A stretch of 64,000 nt of DNA from Antedon mediterranea (lineage: Eukaryota; Animalia; Echinodermata). Within the stretch, counting starts at the first letter, position 1; each line of letters begins with the position of its first letter. The stretch spans positions 20,230,871 to 20,294,870 of the forward strand of contig NC_092676.1 of NCBI RefSeq assembly GCF_964355755.1. The letters are read 5' to 3'. The notes under the pieces were generated by a model. The model saw nothing but the letters and a program-made list of their open reading frames with translations, did no database searches and was not told where the DNA came from. This document shows positions 24,356 to 35,367 of this stretch, in pieces. A program made the translations under genes and the position numbers.

Positions 24356-25264
24356 ATGAACAAGACAACGTGCGAAGATACAGTTGTTACCAATACTGCT
24401 GAAGACCCCTTCAAGATCATGCAGATGTGTTTTGGGTTGATAGGTTTAATTGGAAACTTTATCGTCATTTTCGTCATCATTACATACAAATCTCTTCGAT
24501 CAAAGATGACATACCAGTTAGTGTGTAATCTGGCCGTTTGTGATTTCACCTCATCTTTATTCATGATTCCTGTATCTGACATCAAATACGATCAAAGTAT
24601 TCTAATGAATATAGTTTGCCGAATTTATGGTTCACAATTTCTAATGTGGGCGAGTTTGTCTGCTTCTGTGATGGGCCTGTTGATGATCGCATTGGATCGT
24701 TATTGGGCTGTAGTCACTCCTCTAAAATACCAAACAATCATTTTCTCTAAGAAGCGTTACTTTATGTTAATTTTCCCGTGGCTTGCTGGAATGTTCTTAC
24801 AAGTGTTCACTGTCTTTGTTAGCTTTGTCGATGAATGCGGTCAATGTTTGGAAACATTCAATAATGGTTATGTGTTTACGTTTATTGGAGTAACCGTTTT
24901 TTTGCTTTCGTACCTGATTCCTATAATATACATGTTTTTTATTTACAAGACGATAATCAAAAGTATGGCGGAAATGGCAAATAATATGAATAAATATCAA
25001 CAAAACCATGCTGCTAAAACTCTAACAAAAACTAAATCCAAAATGATGTGGGTTTTCTTGTTCTTGACAGTTTTCTTTGCAATAACATGGGGTCCTGATA
25101 AGTTCTTCTGGCTGTATACTGCGTTAAGTGGGCAATCGTTATGTAAAAAAACGCCCCAATTATGTAATATTATTTTACTAATTGCGTATTCCAACTGCAT
25201 TCTGAATCCGTTTGTGTATGCTTTTACACAGAAGAAAGTTAGGAAAAATGTATGCATTAAATAA
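24356..25264 (+). CDS. Class A orphan GPCR-3, tandem duplicate of GPCR-2
   Basis: 302 aa from the ATG at 24356 (the track's 24347 start is TTG); same motifs; colinear with GPCR-2 without gaps. Confidence 0.93.
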   Translation: MNKTTCEDTVVTNTAEDPFKIMQMCFGLIGLIGNFIVIFVIITYKSLRSKMTYQLVCNLAVCDFTSSLFMIPVSDIKYDQSILMNIVCRIYGSQFLMWASLSASVMGLLMIALDRYWAVVTPLKYQTIIFSKKRYFMLIFPWLAGMFLQVFTVFVSFVDECGQCLETFNNGYVFTFIGVTVFLLSYLIPIIYMFFIYKTIIKSMAEMANNMNKYQQNHAAKTLTKTKSKMMWVFLFLTVFFAITWGPDKFFWLYTALSGQSLCKKTPQLCNIILLIAYSNCILNPFVYAFTQKKVRKNVCIK

Positions 25265-25546
25265 AAATGTTAATGACAGGGAAAGTTGAAATACAAAGTA
25301 ACAAACAAGATAGTTCAACGACTACATCGGTGTTAATGCAACATACTAGGTTGTACGCACTGGCCTACATATTGCATATATAGATAATTATTAACTTACA
25401 TTAGATGAAGATTTAGAACATAGCTTCGGAAAGGAGCAATCCTGGATGCTGGTAGCCTATAATAAGAAGGTGCATGATGGGGATGAATTTGTAGACATTT
25501 TTGTTTTTATTTCACGGAAAATAGGCCCACCGGTAGGCCTACTTAA

Positions 25547-26176
25547 AGACCCCTTCCCTGCAATTTTGGACGTTTTTTGGAAAATAATACATAATTATAT
25601 ATCACTTTAAAAACATTAAACCATGTCATTCCTTGTCTTAAATGTACGTTTTATGGTAAATTATGATAAAAAGTGAGAAACAATGCACTACCTAAGTAGC
25701 TCGCGGCGATCGACCTCTCGTGGACGGTCTTAGGCCTAGCCTAGCTAGGCTTAGTTTTGTAGGCCTAGCTGGTAAACATCGGTAACGTACGAACATCGTA
25801 CGCGAGCTATATACCTATCCTGACGTTGTATAGTTGCTGCATTAATTGTCTTTCTATTTTTGCCAGACTCCGTTGATACAAATTGGGGAAAACCCAGTAT
25901 TTTCGCTGAAAAGTTAGGAGTCTTCCATTTGTTTTGGCCTCACGATCGATCGAAAAGTGGGGGAATTACAGGTGAAAAACAAAAATATCAATCCGCGCGC
26001 AATGCATTTTGGGATTTATAGCGGGCCGCTATAATTATTAGAATCGGCTTATTTTTCACATTTTTAACCGTTTAAAGACGAAAAAAGTTATCGCAATAGG
26101 ACCATATAGTATTATTTTTACATTAAATATAGTTTGTGATCTTAAATTAGATCTAAAAAACGTAGGGAATGGGGCT
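25547..26176. mobile_element. Non-autonomous Kolobok-like DNA transposon
   Basis: TTAA|AGACCCCTTCCCT ... AGGGAATGGGGCT|TTAA: TTAA TSD with AG-initiated imperfect TIR. Confidence 0.72.
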
Positions 26177-27425
26177 TTAAAGAGGTAATATTATTAAACT
26201 ATAGTGATCCATCCTGTCTAAACTGAACGTATGGCGAGGGCTCATCGTCTGTTCAAAATGTATATAAAAAAGAGATAATTGTTAGAAATATTAGTTAACA
26301 TATCAGAAGTTAACAACTTTATTATGACGTATCTATTAAGCACTATGACCATGATCCTACTATTACGCAATTTACCAAAAAAGTGTTTAGTTGTATTGTA
26401 TTTGAATAACTGACGTTTGTGTTCAAAGTATATCGCCCTCTCTTTCCAAAAACAAACGTAATTGCTTTCAAGAGGGCGCAATTACTTTATTTAACAATTT
26501 TGCCTATTTCAATGCATTTTAAATATGATTAAAATAGAGTATTGGGATATATGATATACTTGAGTTAAAATTGGTAATAGAATCCCTTTTAAAGTTGTTA
26601 TGTATTTTGTTTTGTTTTTGTTGGAACTGGAATTTTCTCTGATCTATAGAGGGGTAGTAGCTCTGGAATATGGGCAGCAGACGATCAACAAGAAATCATC
26701 GTCGATCGTTCGTCCTACGTGTCATATATCACAAGAATGAGTAATCCGCGATTTTCCCTGTAACATTAATATTGTCCATGTGGTAGGGCGCCGTCATTAG
26801 TGTGGATGTATCTGGGATGTATACAACTTTTTGTGACGGTTTCACTAATCAAAGGCTGGACCACCTGATGATGAAAAATGTTATCAACTACATGCCAACA
26901 TCATGTTAAATACTATTTGGATATTTAATTGTTCGTTTTATGCAATTTATTTAGTAAAAACTGCCGTATAAACAGTTTGCTTTATCAACCGGACGCTACG
27001 ATAGCGTGACCGGACGTGTTGGTGTTTACGCGTTTTCACGAAGGATAGTTTAATAATATTCCTATATTTAACTTGTTTCTGGTTAAAAAAATAAATGTTA
27101 ATGACATTTAACATTTTGTCCTATTAATAACATGTATTTTATACTAATTTATATCATAAAAACAATACTTAATTTACCGGGCGTAGAGTAGTACACGGCA
27201 ATGGTAAAGAATAGGCCGTGCTGAGTAACGATTCGTTGATTTTTGGTGTTGCTGTGTTAGACCTTTTTTGTGAACTAACTTAGCATGTTAGTAAATAATT
27301 GTCTGTAAAAGTGAATGTACACTAGTTTGTTAATATATTATTATAAAATAGTTTACAATTGCAAAAACTATTATCATAATTCTATTTAATGTGACATGTA
27401 TAATATCTATTAAATCAAGTCTTAT

Positions 27426-27704
27426 CAAAGATCTTATAATCTAAAGATGTGACACCATCCGCGTTTACGCGTAACACTTTAGAAGTGTCAAATTATAGTG
27501 CGCCCCCTCGCTTAAACAAGTAACGAACTTTTGCGTGACGATCGCAATATTCTTTAGAAAATGGGATTGAGGAGTCGCGCCAAAGTTTGTATGGTTAAGA
27601 AACACTGAATGAAAAGAGAAAAAGTGGAGGGATGTACTGTGCTACAATTAATTGTAAAAGCAATTCAAAGGCCAACCCACAACTTTAGTATATAAGATCT
27701 TTGG
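27426..27704. mobile_element. MITE with ~25-bp TIR
   Basis: CAAAGATCTTATAATCTAAAGATGTG ... CACAACTTTAGTATATAAGATCTTTG. Confidence 0.7.
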
Positions 27705-27984
27705 TCTTATTTAGTATGCCCTTATGAGGGCGGGCATCACTCACTGGAGCTCTCTGTTGTTACAAATTTCTCATGCAAAAATCGCGGAATACTCATTCTT
27801 TGCGTGTGATATATTCTTTGGTATCGTGTGTACACAGCGCGCCACGGTTAAAAGGATGACCTGACACGAATCTGACACTCTTTCTTTAAATCTGAAGAAT
27901 ATCACCTCCTCCATCCTACACATGGTGTCGCCGCCCACACTCATTGTTTGTTGTTAAAGTTGGTAAGTTATTTATATTGGTTTT

Positions 27985-28405
27985 CCCTATAGGCCTACAA
28001 ATATTATTTTAGTTGATGCAGGTCTAGCTAGCTACTACTACCTAGCCTAGCCTAGCTAGGCTAGGCATGACACCTAGGCCTAGGCCAGAGCCTATAGGCC
28101 TTAGTGCTTACTACTACTAAGCTAGTAGGTAGTAGTAGGGCCTAGCCTAGTAGGCCTACTAGTAGCTTTAGCTAGCCTATCTAAATTAGGCCAAGTCTAG
28201 AGGGCTTACTTACTACAGTAAGTGACTTCCTAACACTAACAGTAGAGTAGAGTAGGCATGTATTACTATTAGTACTATTAATTAATAATATTAAATAACA
28301 ATGAACATATTATAGCATAGGCCTCTAGTAGGGCCTAACTAGGCTAGCTAGGCCCATAGACTAGGCCTAGCCTAGGCCTAGCCTCTCTAGGCTAGTAGGC
28401 CTATG
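27985..28405. repeat. CTAG/TAGGCCTA/TAC low-complexity tract
   Basis: Dense arrays of CTAG, AGGCCT, TAGC and TACTAC. Confidence 0.8.
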
Positions 28406-28546
28406 TTATTATCCTGCCTGTGGGTGGCTGGCAATACTTTTGCCGAACAATATAAAAAAGAGTTAGAAAGGTAGGGCTCAGGAGGGGCCTAGGCTGGTAG
28501 CATAGCACTAAACTAAAAGAAGTAGGCTATACTCAGCTCTACTCTA

Positions 28547-28716
28547 TTAATATAAGGTTTATCGCAAATAGCGTGTGCGATGCATGATGGGAAGGATTTG
28601 GGAGCAAACGTCACAACGCGTACGTACGTGATTTGTTGTTTGCACGTACGCGTCGTGACTTTTGCCCTCCAAACCATCATGCATTGTGCAAGCTATTTGC
28701 GATAAACCTTATTATA
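28547..28716. mobile_element. Hairpin MITE
   Basis: ATAAGGTTTATCGCAAATAGC ... GCTATTTGCGATAAACCTTAT with near full-length arm complementarity. Confidence 0.8.
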
Positions 28717-29719
28717 GGCCTACCTGGTTTGAATAAGAATTTATTTTTAAAACATTGTTTTAAAACGTTTTTCGTTTAAAAGTGTCCTTAAATAATCATT
28801 TTATAATATGAAATGTATACTTTTTATAAGTGTCATCAAGTTAAAAATTGCATACACTACACATCAGCAAATAGTTGTCAATTAATAGCACAAGAATAAT
28901 TATTTTTATCTAAAACGTACTTAAATGACCTGTAACATTTATACGTTACAAAACAACTAATGCGATCTGATAATGGAATATAAGGATTATTTATGCTCCT
29001 GATAGACAGAAACTAATTGAAGAACAATTTAAAGGTTAGGTTTATGAAATACGAGTCTTTTATCTTCTGTTTTGATACATTGAACTTTTAACACAATATT
29101 GATTCTGTCGTATTCGATTTACATGCTAAATCATTAGATAACTACAGATTATTTGTCCATATGAATTTATCGTTGTGAATTTCCTTCATGATTAAACAAA
29201 GATATATTTCCGGACAGCCTGCTAAATATATGTAACGTAAAATCATATTAAATTTATTTTTATTTAATTGATTTTAACCTCTTTGCACTTTTATCCTTAA
29301 TACATATAGGCCTATATACACGTCATGAGCTAGTTTGCAAAGTGTCGAATTGCGATGCGGCGAGTTTGCCTATAGGGGCGACTTTGAAAATGGACGAAAT
29401 ACCGTACACGGTACACAATTGGTAGTTAGTTACCTCTGCTAAATTTGAATTATCCCCGTTTTCATTTCGTCAATGTGCAAATTCTTGGTGCGTTATATCA
29501 CTTTCCACAACATGACAAATAGCTAGAATGATGACAGCTATATTAAGCCCGAAGATATTTGATTAATAATACAAGTAATTAATAACAGGTATAATAGTCA
29601 TGGTAATAATTGACCGATAGGTTATTCCAATCCAGTGTGTATTCTATTTCATTACCTCCATACCTGAAGATATTGTATTGTTAACACCCCACGACAGGTT
29701 AGAGCATCTTGCCCATTTT

Positions 29720-29860
29720 CGAGTCGAGTGGCCGAGCGGTTAAGGAAGGAAGGCAGGGGCGTTGCAAAACCATAGCTATCAGCAGTTTATACAATCGGCA
29801 CCGGTTCAAGGCACGCCTTGACCATTGATCTGGTGGTAGTCTTCTCGGATAAGGGACCCT
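29720..29860 (+). mobile_element. Degenerate 5' part of the Deu-like SINE
   Basis: GAGTGGCCGAGCGGTTAAG...GGTTCAAG...TCTGGTGGTAG..TCTTCTCGGATAAGG, matching the 31127-31450 copy. Confidence 0.65.
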
Positions 29861-30951
29861 TAGGGGAGTAGAAGGCTGTGGTATGAATGTGTCGTCCACA
29901 CCTGTGCGCAACTCAGCCCAGTAGGCAGGCAGGTTATTCCCTCATTCACATGTTTTTTTAACTCTCGGAGTACAAATTAGTACTAGGCCTAGTACCATAC
30001 ATGAAGATGCCTTTCGCCCCTTTCACATCGCCTACTAGTTTACACACAGCGGACCAGCATGCATCATTTTGTATGTGTGCACCTAGGTATGTAAACTCCG
30101 TAATAAAAACACGGCCTATAAATATTAAGTTGAATAGGTTCCAGGCGACGATTCGACTCAATATTGATAAAAAGACAAACTTGTTTTGGCACATATTGCG
30201 TTTCATACGTATAATATTTTTAATTGGAATTAAAAATTATGGAACCAACAATACGTTTTGTTCGTATTGTCATTTTCATTTTATTTTAATGTGTGCGGAC
30301 CGTTTGCGATCTCATAACTCAGTACTACTGTATTATTATTCATTTTGGACATTTTGACATTTTTTATTTCTTAAATCTTATATAGATATTGTTAACGTGA
30401 TTTTAAGCAATGAATTCTTGATGTGAGTTTGAGCCTTGCGGCTAGAGATTATACGCTTTCCGATGTGAAGAGAATAAAATGTTAACTTGTCTATATCCAC
30501 GCAGCTGGATGGCAGCGCATCTATCTTGATTTGTTTTTTTGTTTTATTTTTATATGATTTTTAATCAATTCCGTTAATAATTTTGTTTTATAATCAGTGA
30601 TGTGGTTCAAGGTTATATAAAGTTTAGACCTCAGAGATTATAACTGTCGTAGCATTTCTTTAAAATCATGCGTAACACTACCATTTCAACGACATTGTTG
30701 GGTTGTCGTAAAAATATGTTTGAAAAAAGTCACCCGATTATATGTATCTGTCTTCACACATGTCATTATATGTCCAGTATCATGGTAAATTCTGTAATAC
30801 AGTGTCACGTATCACATGTGACGCCGCCTTTGGCAACAATACTGTACAACAGTATGCTCGAATGTGACAAAATTGAAAGCTGGTGTTTTCAAGCTCATTT
30901 ATTTCGTACGTTAGCCAGTCTTGCATTATACTTGTGTGTGTTTCGTAATTA

Positions 30952-31127
30952 AAGGCCAGTTTACACAGACGAGTGGTAACGGTAATAAAAATATAGTCTA
31001 TGTTACTCCTTATGACCATTTACACACAAGGACGGGCGGTTTCTGCTCAGGATAGATACATTCTATGGCGGAAAATTGCTATATGGTTTTCCACTGACCG
31101 TTACCGCTCGTCTGTGTAAATTGGACT
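30952..31127. mobile_element. Hairpin MITE (Harbinger-like)
   Basis: AGGCCAGTTTACACAGACGAGTGGTAACGGT ... ACCGTTACCGCTCGTCTGTGTAAATTGGACT. Confidence 0.75.
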
Positions 31128-31450
31128 TGTTTGTTTGTTTGTTTGTTCTATCTTTATACTGGGTGACCTCTTCAGTCAAAGACTGATCTCCCAGAGGGCC
31201 CAGTTGGTGATCAGTGGCTGTGATGTACTAATACACCGGAGTAACCCCCTACTCGTCTCGAAAGATGTACTAGGTTCTTTAAAGTGCACACGAGCAAGTT
31301 GTGTACACTGGACCTACGGTTTATAGTCCTTATCCGAGAAGACTCGTTCTACCACCAGAACCATGGAGTGAGTGAGCCTCGAACCCCTGCCGATGTTATG
31401 GCTACGTGATTACGGTTCCACTGTCTTAACCGCTCGGCCACTCACTCACT
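31127..31450 (-). mobile_element. Full-length tRNA-derived SINE with Deu-domain-like core and (AAAC)n tail
   Basis: A box TGGCCGAGCGG, B-box-like GGTTCGAGGC, core CTCGGATAAGGACTATAAACCGTAGGTCC...TTAAAGAACC...TTTCGAGACGAGTAGGGGG..CCGGTGT resembling the DeuSINE domain as recalled. Confidence 0.8.
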
Positions 31451-32359
31451 TAACGCGGTACGCCCCCTTTGGTTACTGCATTTACTGATTAAAGATACCA
31501 TTACTCGTTAAAAATATCCTGTTATTTTTTCTTATGAATATGAATAAATTATGTCGGTTTTGTTTAAAGACTTTAGTTTAATCATGTCTATGTTGACCTA
31601 GAAGGAGAGTCACGAAAACGACCAAACCAATCACAAGCTACAATTCCGATGAACCATCGCGTTGTGATTGGTCAAATTATTTATGGCGCAATACGTCCCC
31701 GTTTGTGGTAAAGCTTCTTCATGTCACTGTGTGTTTTATAATGTACATCTAATAAAAATAGTACATATTTACAAATTACATTTAACAGAGCGCCAATGTT
31801 TCAAACCAATGATTTGATGTCTTTATATACTGCTTCGAAGTAATATTAAATAATTAATAATACAAATTATATGGCATACAGACAAAACCCGAAATGTCGA
31901 TTGGTGGTAACGTAAAAAAAAGGACAATAAATACTTGGGGAAACTAGTCTTTATTGTGACCTGTGTTTTCTCTATGTCCAATAAAAAAAAAATCCTGATG
32001 CAATTCATTTAATTTCATTCATTTATCTTTTTATTTCGGAATATCATGGGGACATAATCGACAAATTATCGTGCAATAATCGTGCAATTATCGACAAATC
32101 TATTTAATCATTTCAACGGCATTTTTGTTTGGACCAGGTGACTTTATGACGAATTCAAGGAAACCCTATGCATTATGTGTTATATAATGTAAGTGCAAAG
32201 TATGTGTTATTGTTGAACAATTTCGCACATTATAATTTAAAATAAGTTTTAACTTAGTAGTTTTATTGGATTGTAATTATTGTCTTTTTTCCCCTCAATT
32301 ATAATTTATTTAATATAATGTATTATTACGTCACACGTAATACATAATACTGCTATTAA

Positions 32360-32563
32360 AGCCTGTTTTCCTGTCGACGTTATTCGACGCTATCGTCGTT
32401 GATCGTTAACAGTTCAATGACGATCGTTTGAAAACGATCAAGTTGAAATGATAACGATAGCGAGTACCTTTTCCTGTAAATCGTTAACATTTCAATGTTT
32501 ACGTAGAAGATTGCCGATTATTGTTAACGATAGCATCGAATAACGTCGACAGGAAAACAGGCT
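32360..32563. mobile_element. Hairpin MITE (Harbinger-like, TWA flanks)
   Basis: AGCCTGTTTTCCTGTCGACGTTATTCGA(C)GCTATCGT ... ACGATAGCATCGAATAACGTCGACAGGAAAACAGGCT. Confidence 0.85.
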
Positions 32564-32879
32564 TTAGATTCCCGTTATTACGCTGAGCTCGAGCATCGGC
32601 TTAGTACCGTGTCATGCGGCTGTAGTCATCAGTCAACGTAGTTAGATATTCGTCATCCCTTGTAGCCGGTTTACTGTTTTCCGTCGTCATTATCATCGTA
32701 AAATCAAGGCAATAATCATAACAATCACCATACGTCATTATCATAACATTAATCACCTTCTTCAATGCGGAAATGGGTGATTGGGTGACTGACTCTTCAG
32801 AAGAAGGGTAATCGTGGATGCATGCGTATATTATCATATTCCCCTCGTTCGTTCCATGGGCGGAGAAGTGTCCCCTTAC

Positions 32880-33073
32880 GCTTGGTTCCCACTACTAGCG
32901 AGGCAACGTAACGCAACCTGCGTTAAAATGTCCTTCCAGTAATCGTGCTTGCCCTCGTCTTCGTAAAATCAAAACCGCGATGTTTACAGCATTTTTGCGT
33001 TGTCGGTTTCCACTTGTGATTACCGCAATATAGCACTTTTCGTCAATACGCTGCGTCGCTAGTGGAAACCACG
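32880..33073. mobile_element. MITE family C (GCTTGGTTCCCACTAG TIR), long variant
   Basis: GCTTGGTTCCCACTACTAGCGAGGCAACG ... TGCGTCGCTAGTGGAAACCA; internal sequence matches 63571-63754 in inverted orientation. Confidence 0.75.
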
Positions 33074-33835
33074 ATTTAATAAAGATGTCCCTTAATGGGG
33101 GTATCTCAGGGGAGGGATTGCGGTGACTGTTGTGGATGACACATATCTATTAATACAAAGTATGCTTCATAACATTTCTTGAATTCTTTTGCAAATTTAT
33201 TTTCATCACCTAATAAATATTTAAAATACGCATATACATATCAATAAATAAATAAATATTGCCTCTTTTTTAAAACTTTATACAACAATAAATAATTATA
33301 TTATAAGTAAACAATATATATTATATTACGCTCGAGCTGTCGATAACTCGGTATCTATTGTACAGACAGTGATACAGTGTTACATTATATATCATATGTG
33401 ACGCATGTTTCATATAGGCCTTAACCTTAAACATAACATAATACAGGCGCCACGTGTGATACATTATGTGTATTAAGACATTTGCTTGTATACTGGACAT
33501 ATAATTTCATATGTGGTGATACAGTACAAGAATTGAATTCTGGCAATTGTGTAGGCCTAGTGTTATAGCGAAATATACGGAAAATATTCCGTCGTCAAAA
33601 TATATATATAATAACTTGAATACCATGAATATCGCGAGTTTCATAATTAATAATTCTATATTGGAATGAACAGCAAAATAATTACATCATTTTCCCTGTT
33701 TTCAGATGTAGCCATTAGGCCTAAGACAACGTTGCGGCAAATTTAGCTAAAGAACAAAAACATATTTTAAAATCATTTTATGTAAGCTATGATTCCCACT
33801 TCTACTACCGCATTCCTTGTGGTGCGTGCATCCTA

Positions 33836-33997
33836 AGGCGTGGTCCCCACTAGTGACACAACGCATGGACGTACCTGCAATGCAAACGAGTTGACCAATG
33901 ACAAGCCACTGTTCAAATAATCCATCGCTTGTGATTGGTCAAATCACTTACGTTGCGTTACGTCCTTGCGTTGCGTCGCTAGTGGGAACCAAGCCTT
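33836..33997. mobile_element. MITE family C, short variant
   Basis: GGCGTGGTCCCCACTAGTGACACAACGCA ... TGCGTTGCGTCGCTAGTGGGAACCAAGCC; internal TTGACCAAT.ACAAGC arms. Related copies at about 31600-31716, 34960-35070, 43004-43117, 55748-55980 and 60350-60480. Confidence 0.8.
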
Positions 33998-34545
33998 ATG
34001 GGAACTAAGCTTTACAGACAAATTAAGACAATGCATTGCTTTTGCAAGGATGCTATGAATCTGGTGTAAAATCAATTTATACATAGCTGACACATAAAAT
34101 GGAAATTCTATTCTATGCTATTTGTGAATTGTTAGACATTTTTAAATTCGTTTAAACTTTTTTTCCTAGTTTTGTTTAGCTTTGTTACAAAAACCCTCAT
34201 TTTGATTTTGATAGTACACTGATTATAGGAGTGGAATATATAATATCTAAACAAAATAAATATTATGTAGACGCGAGGCTTTATTTTATTTGTATTTTGA
34301 CCTGCATAAAGTCGTATTCTGGTACTGGTAGTGTTTAAAAAAAAAACATCTATGGCACACCAGAGCGGACTTTATAATTGGCTTCAACAAGGTGAAATGT
34401 GTTCGGTTTTCGATAACTTTTCAAAATACTGTGGTTGTCATAAATAACGAAGTTTACTGCGAATCAACACGGTGTGGACAGCTCTCTAAAGTAATAATAC
34501 TTTGGTCGCTTATAACTGAACATGTACAGTACTAAACACAACGTT

Positions 34546-34727
34546 TCATGATTTCCTTGCCGGCCTGTTTCTGCTCAACATGAGCTCCCTCAAAGCATTT
34601 GATGGTCCGACAGGTTGTCCATTATTATCGATTAAGCCTTCGTCAAGTAATTGTTGATATTTTTGTCTTGCATCTTCTACTCTTACTCCCCATGCTTGTA
34701 GTAGATTTACAAATGCATCAATAGCGT
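34546..34727 (-). CDS. Prohormone-like protein, coding exon 2 (absent from the ORF track)
   Basis: tctttcattgcag acceptor; phase-compatible open frame (N)AIDAFVNLLQAWGVRVEDARQKYQQLLDEGLIDNNGQPVGPSNALRELMLSRNRPARKS-stop in otherwise AT-rich DNA. Confidence 0.75.
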
Positions 34728-35367
34728 CTGCAATGAAAGAATGACATAAAACATTTAGATTTTGTGAACTGTATTAATCTTTAAATGGAACCGCGTTTCT
34801 CCAGCCGCTCGGCCGTATAAAAATTACATTTCTGATCACGTAATTTAAAGATACACGTAAACATAATGTATACGCAGTACAGCAATGTTAATATCAATCT
34901 ATCTCTTTGCAATATCCATAATTGAAAGAGATAATCTGCATCATGTAGTGTAACATAGATGTTGGTTTATAAGGATTCCAACATGGACGTACGCGAATCG
35001 TAATTTGACCAATGACAAGCGACAGTTTCGGATGACTCATTGCCGCTTGCGTTGTGATTGGTTAAATTGTGAAACGTGGCGCTACTTATGACGGTGCGCG
35101 TCAAATTCATGATTTCTGTCTTTGTATCATTCTTGACTTAGATTCGTTAAAAGTTGCTTTTGAAAATATTACAATTTAGAGGATGTCTTGAATGACAACT
35201 TCAATTTATATTACTGAAGAAAAATTGGCTTTTAGTGCATCGTTTGACGTTAATCACTTTTTAGTTTCAATGTTGGGGACTCACGCGACACTTTATATTT
35301 ATTGTTACCTTTTTCTATACAATTGATTTTGACCAAATGATTAAAACAAATGCCAATTGCAACTTAC

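Larger units (their letters stand above)
20735..25380 (+). repeat. Tandem segmental duplication carrying GPCR-2 and GPCR-3 (CDS offset 2764 bp)
   Basis: Homologous flanks: TTGTGTGGC..ATTTAATCAC.AGATGTCAATCGT (about 20751/23185), TGATGGGTTTCACTAACGCCTAATTTATTC (21128/23867) and shared 3' flanks. Confidence 0.9.

Noticed and set aside
15182-25257. Antisense ORFs overlapping the GPCR genes
   Set aside because: Shadow frames of the real CDSs, duplicated only because the genes are.
15210-25264. Assigning gene symbols such as GALR or AstA-R to the GPCRs
   Set aside because: Only generic class A motifs are recognisable; orthology needs a phylogeny.
32601-32837. 78-aa minus-strand ORF
   Set aside because: No recognisable motif or convincing splice context; flanked by MITEs.
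35315-35367. C-terminus SKLQLAFVLIIWSKSIV of the 107-aa ORF
   Set aside because: Read-through into the intron after a consensus GTAAGT donor; a better in-phase exon exists at 34727-34546.
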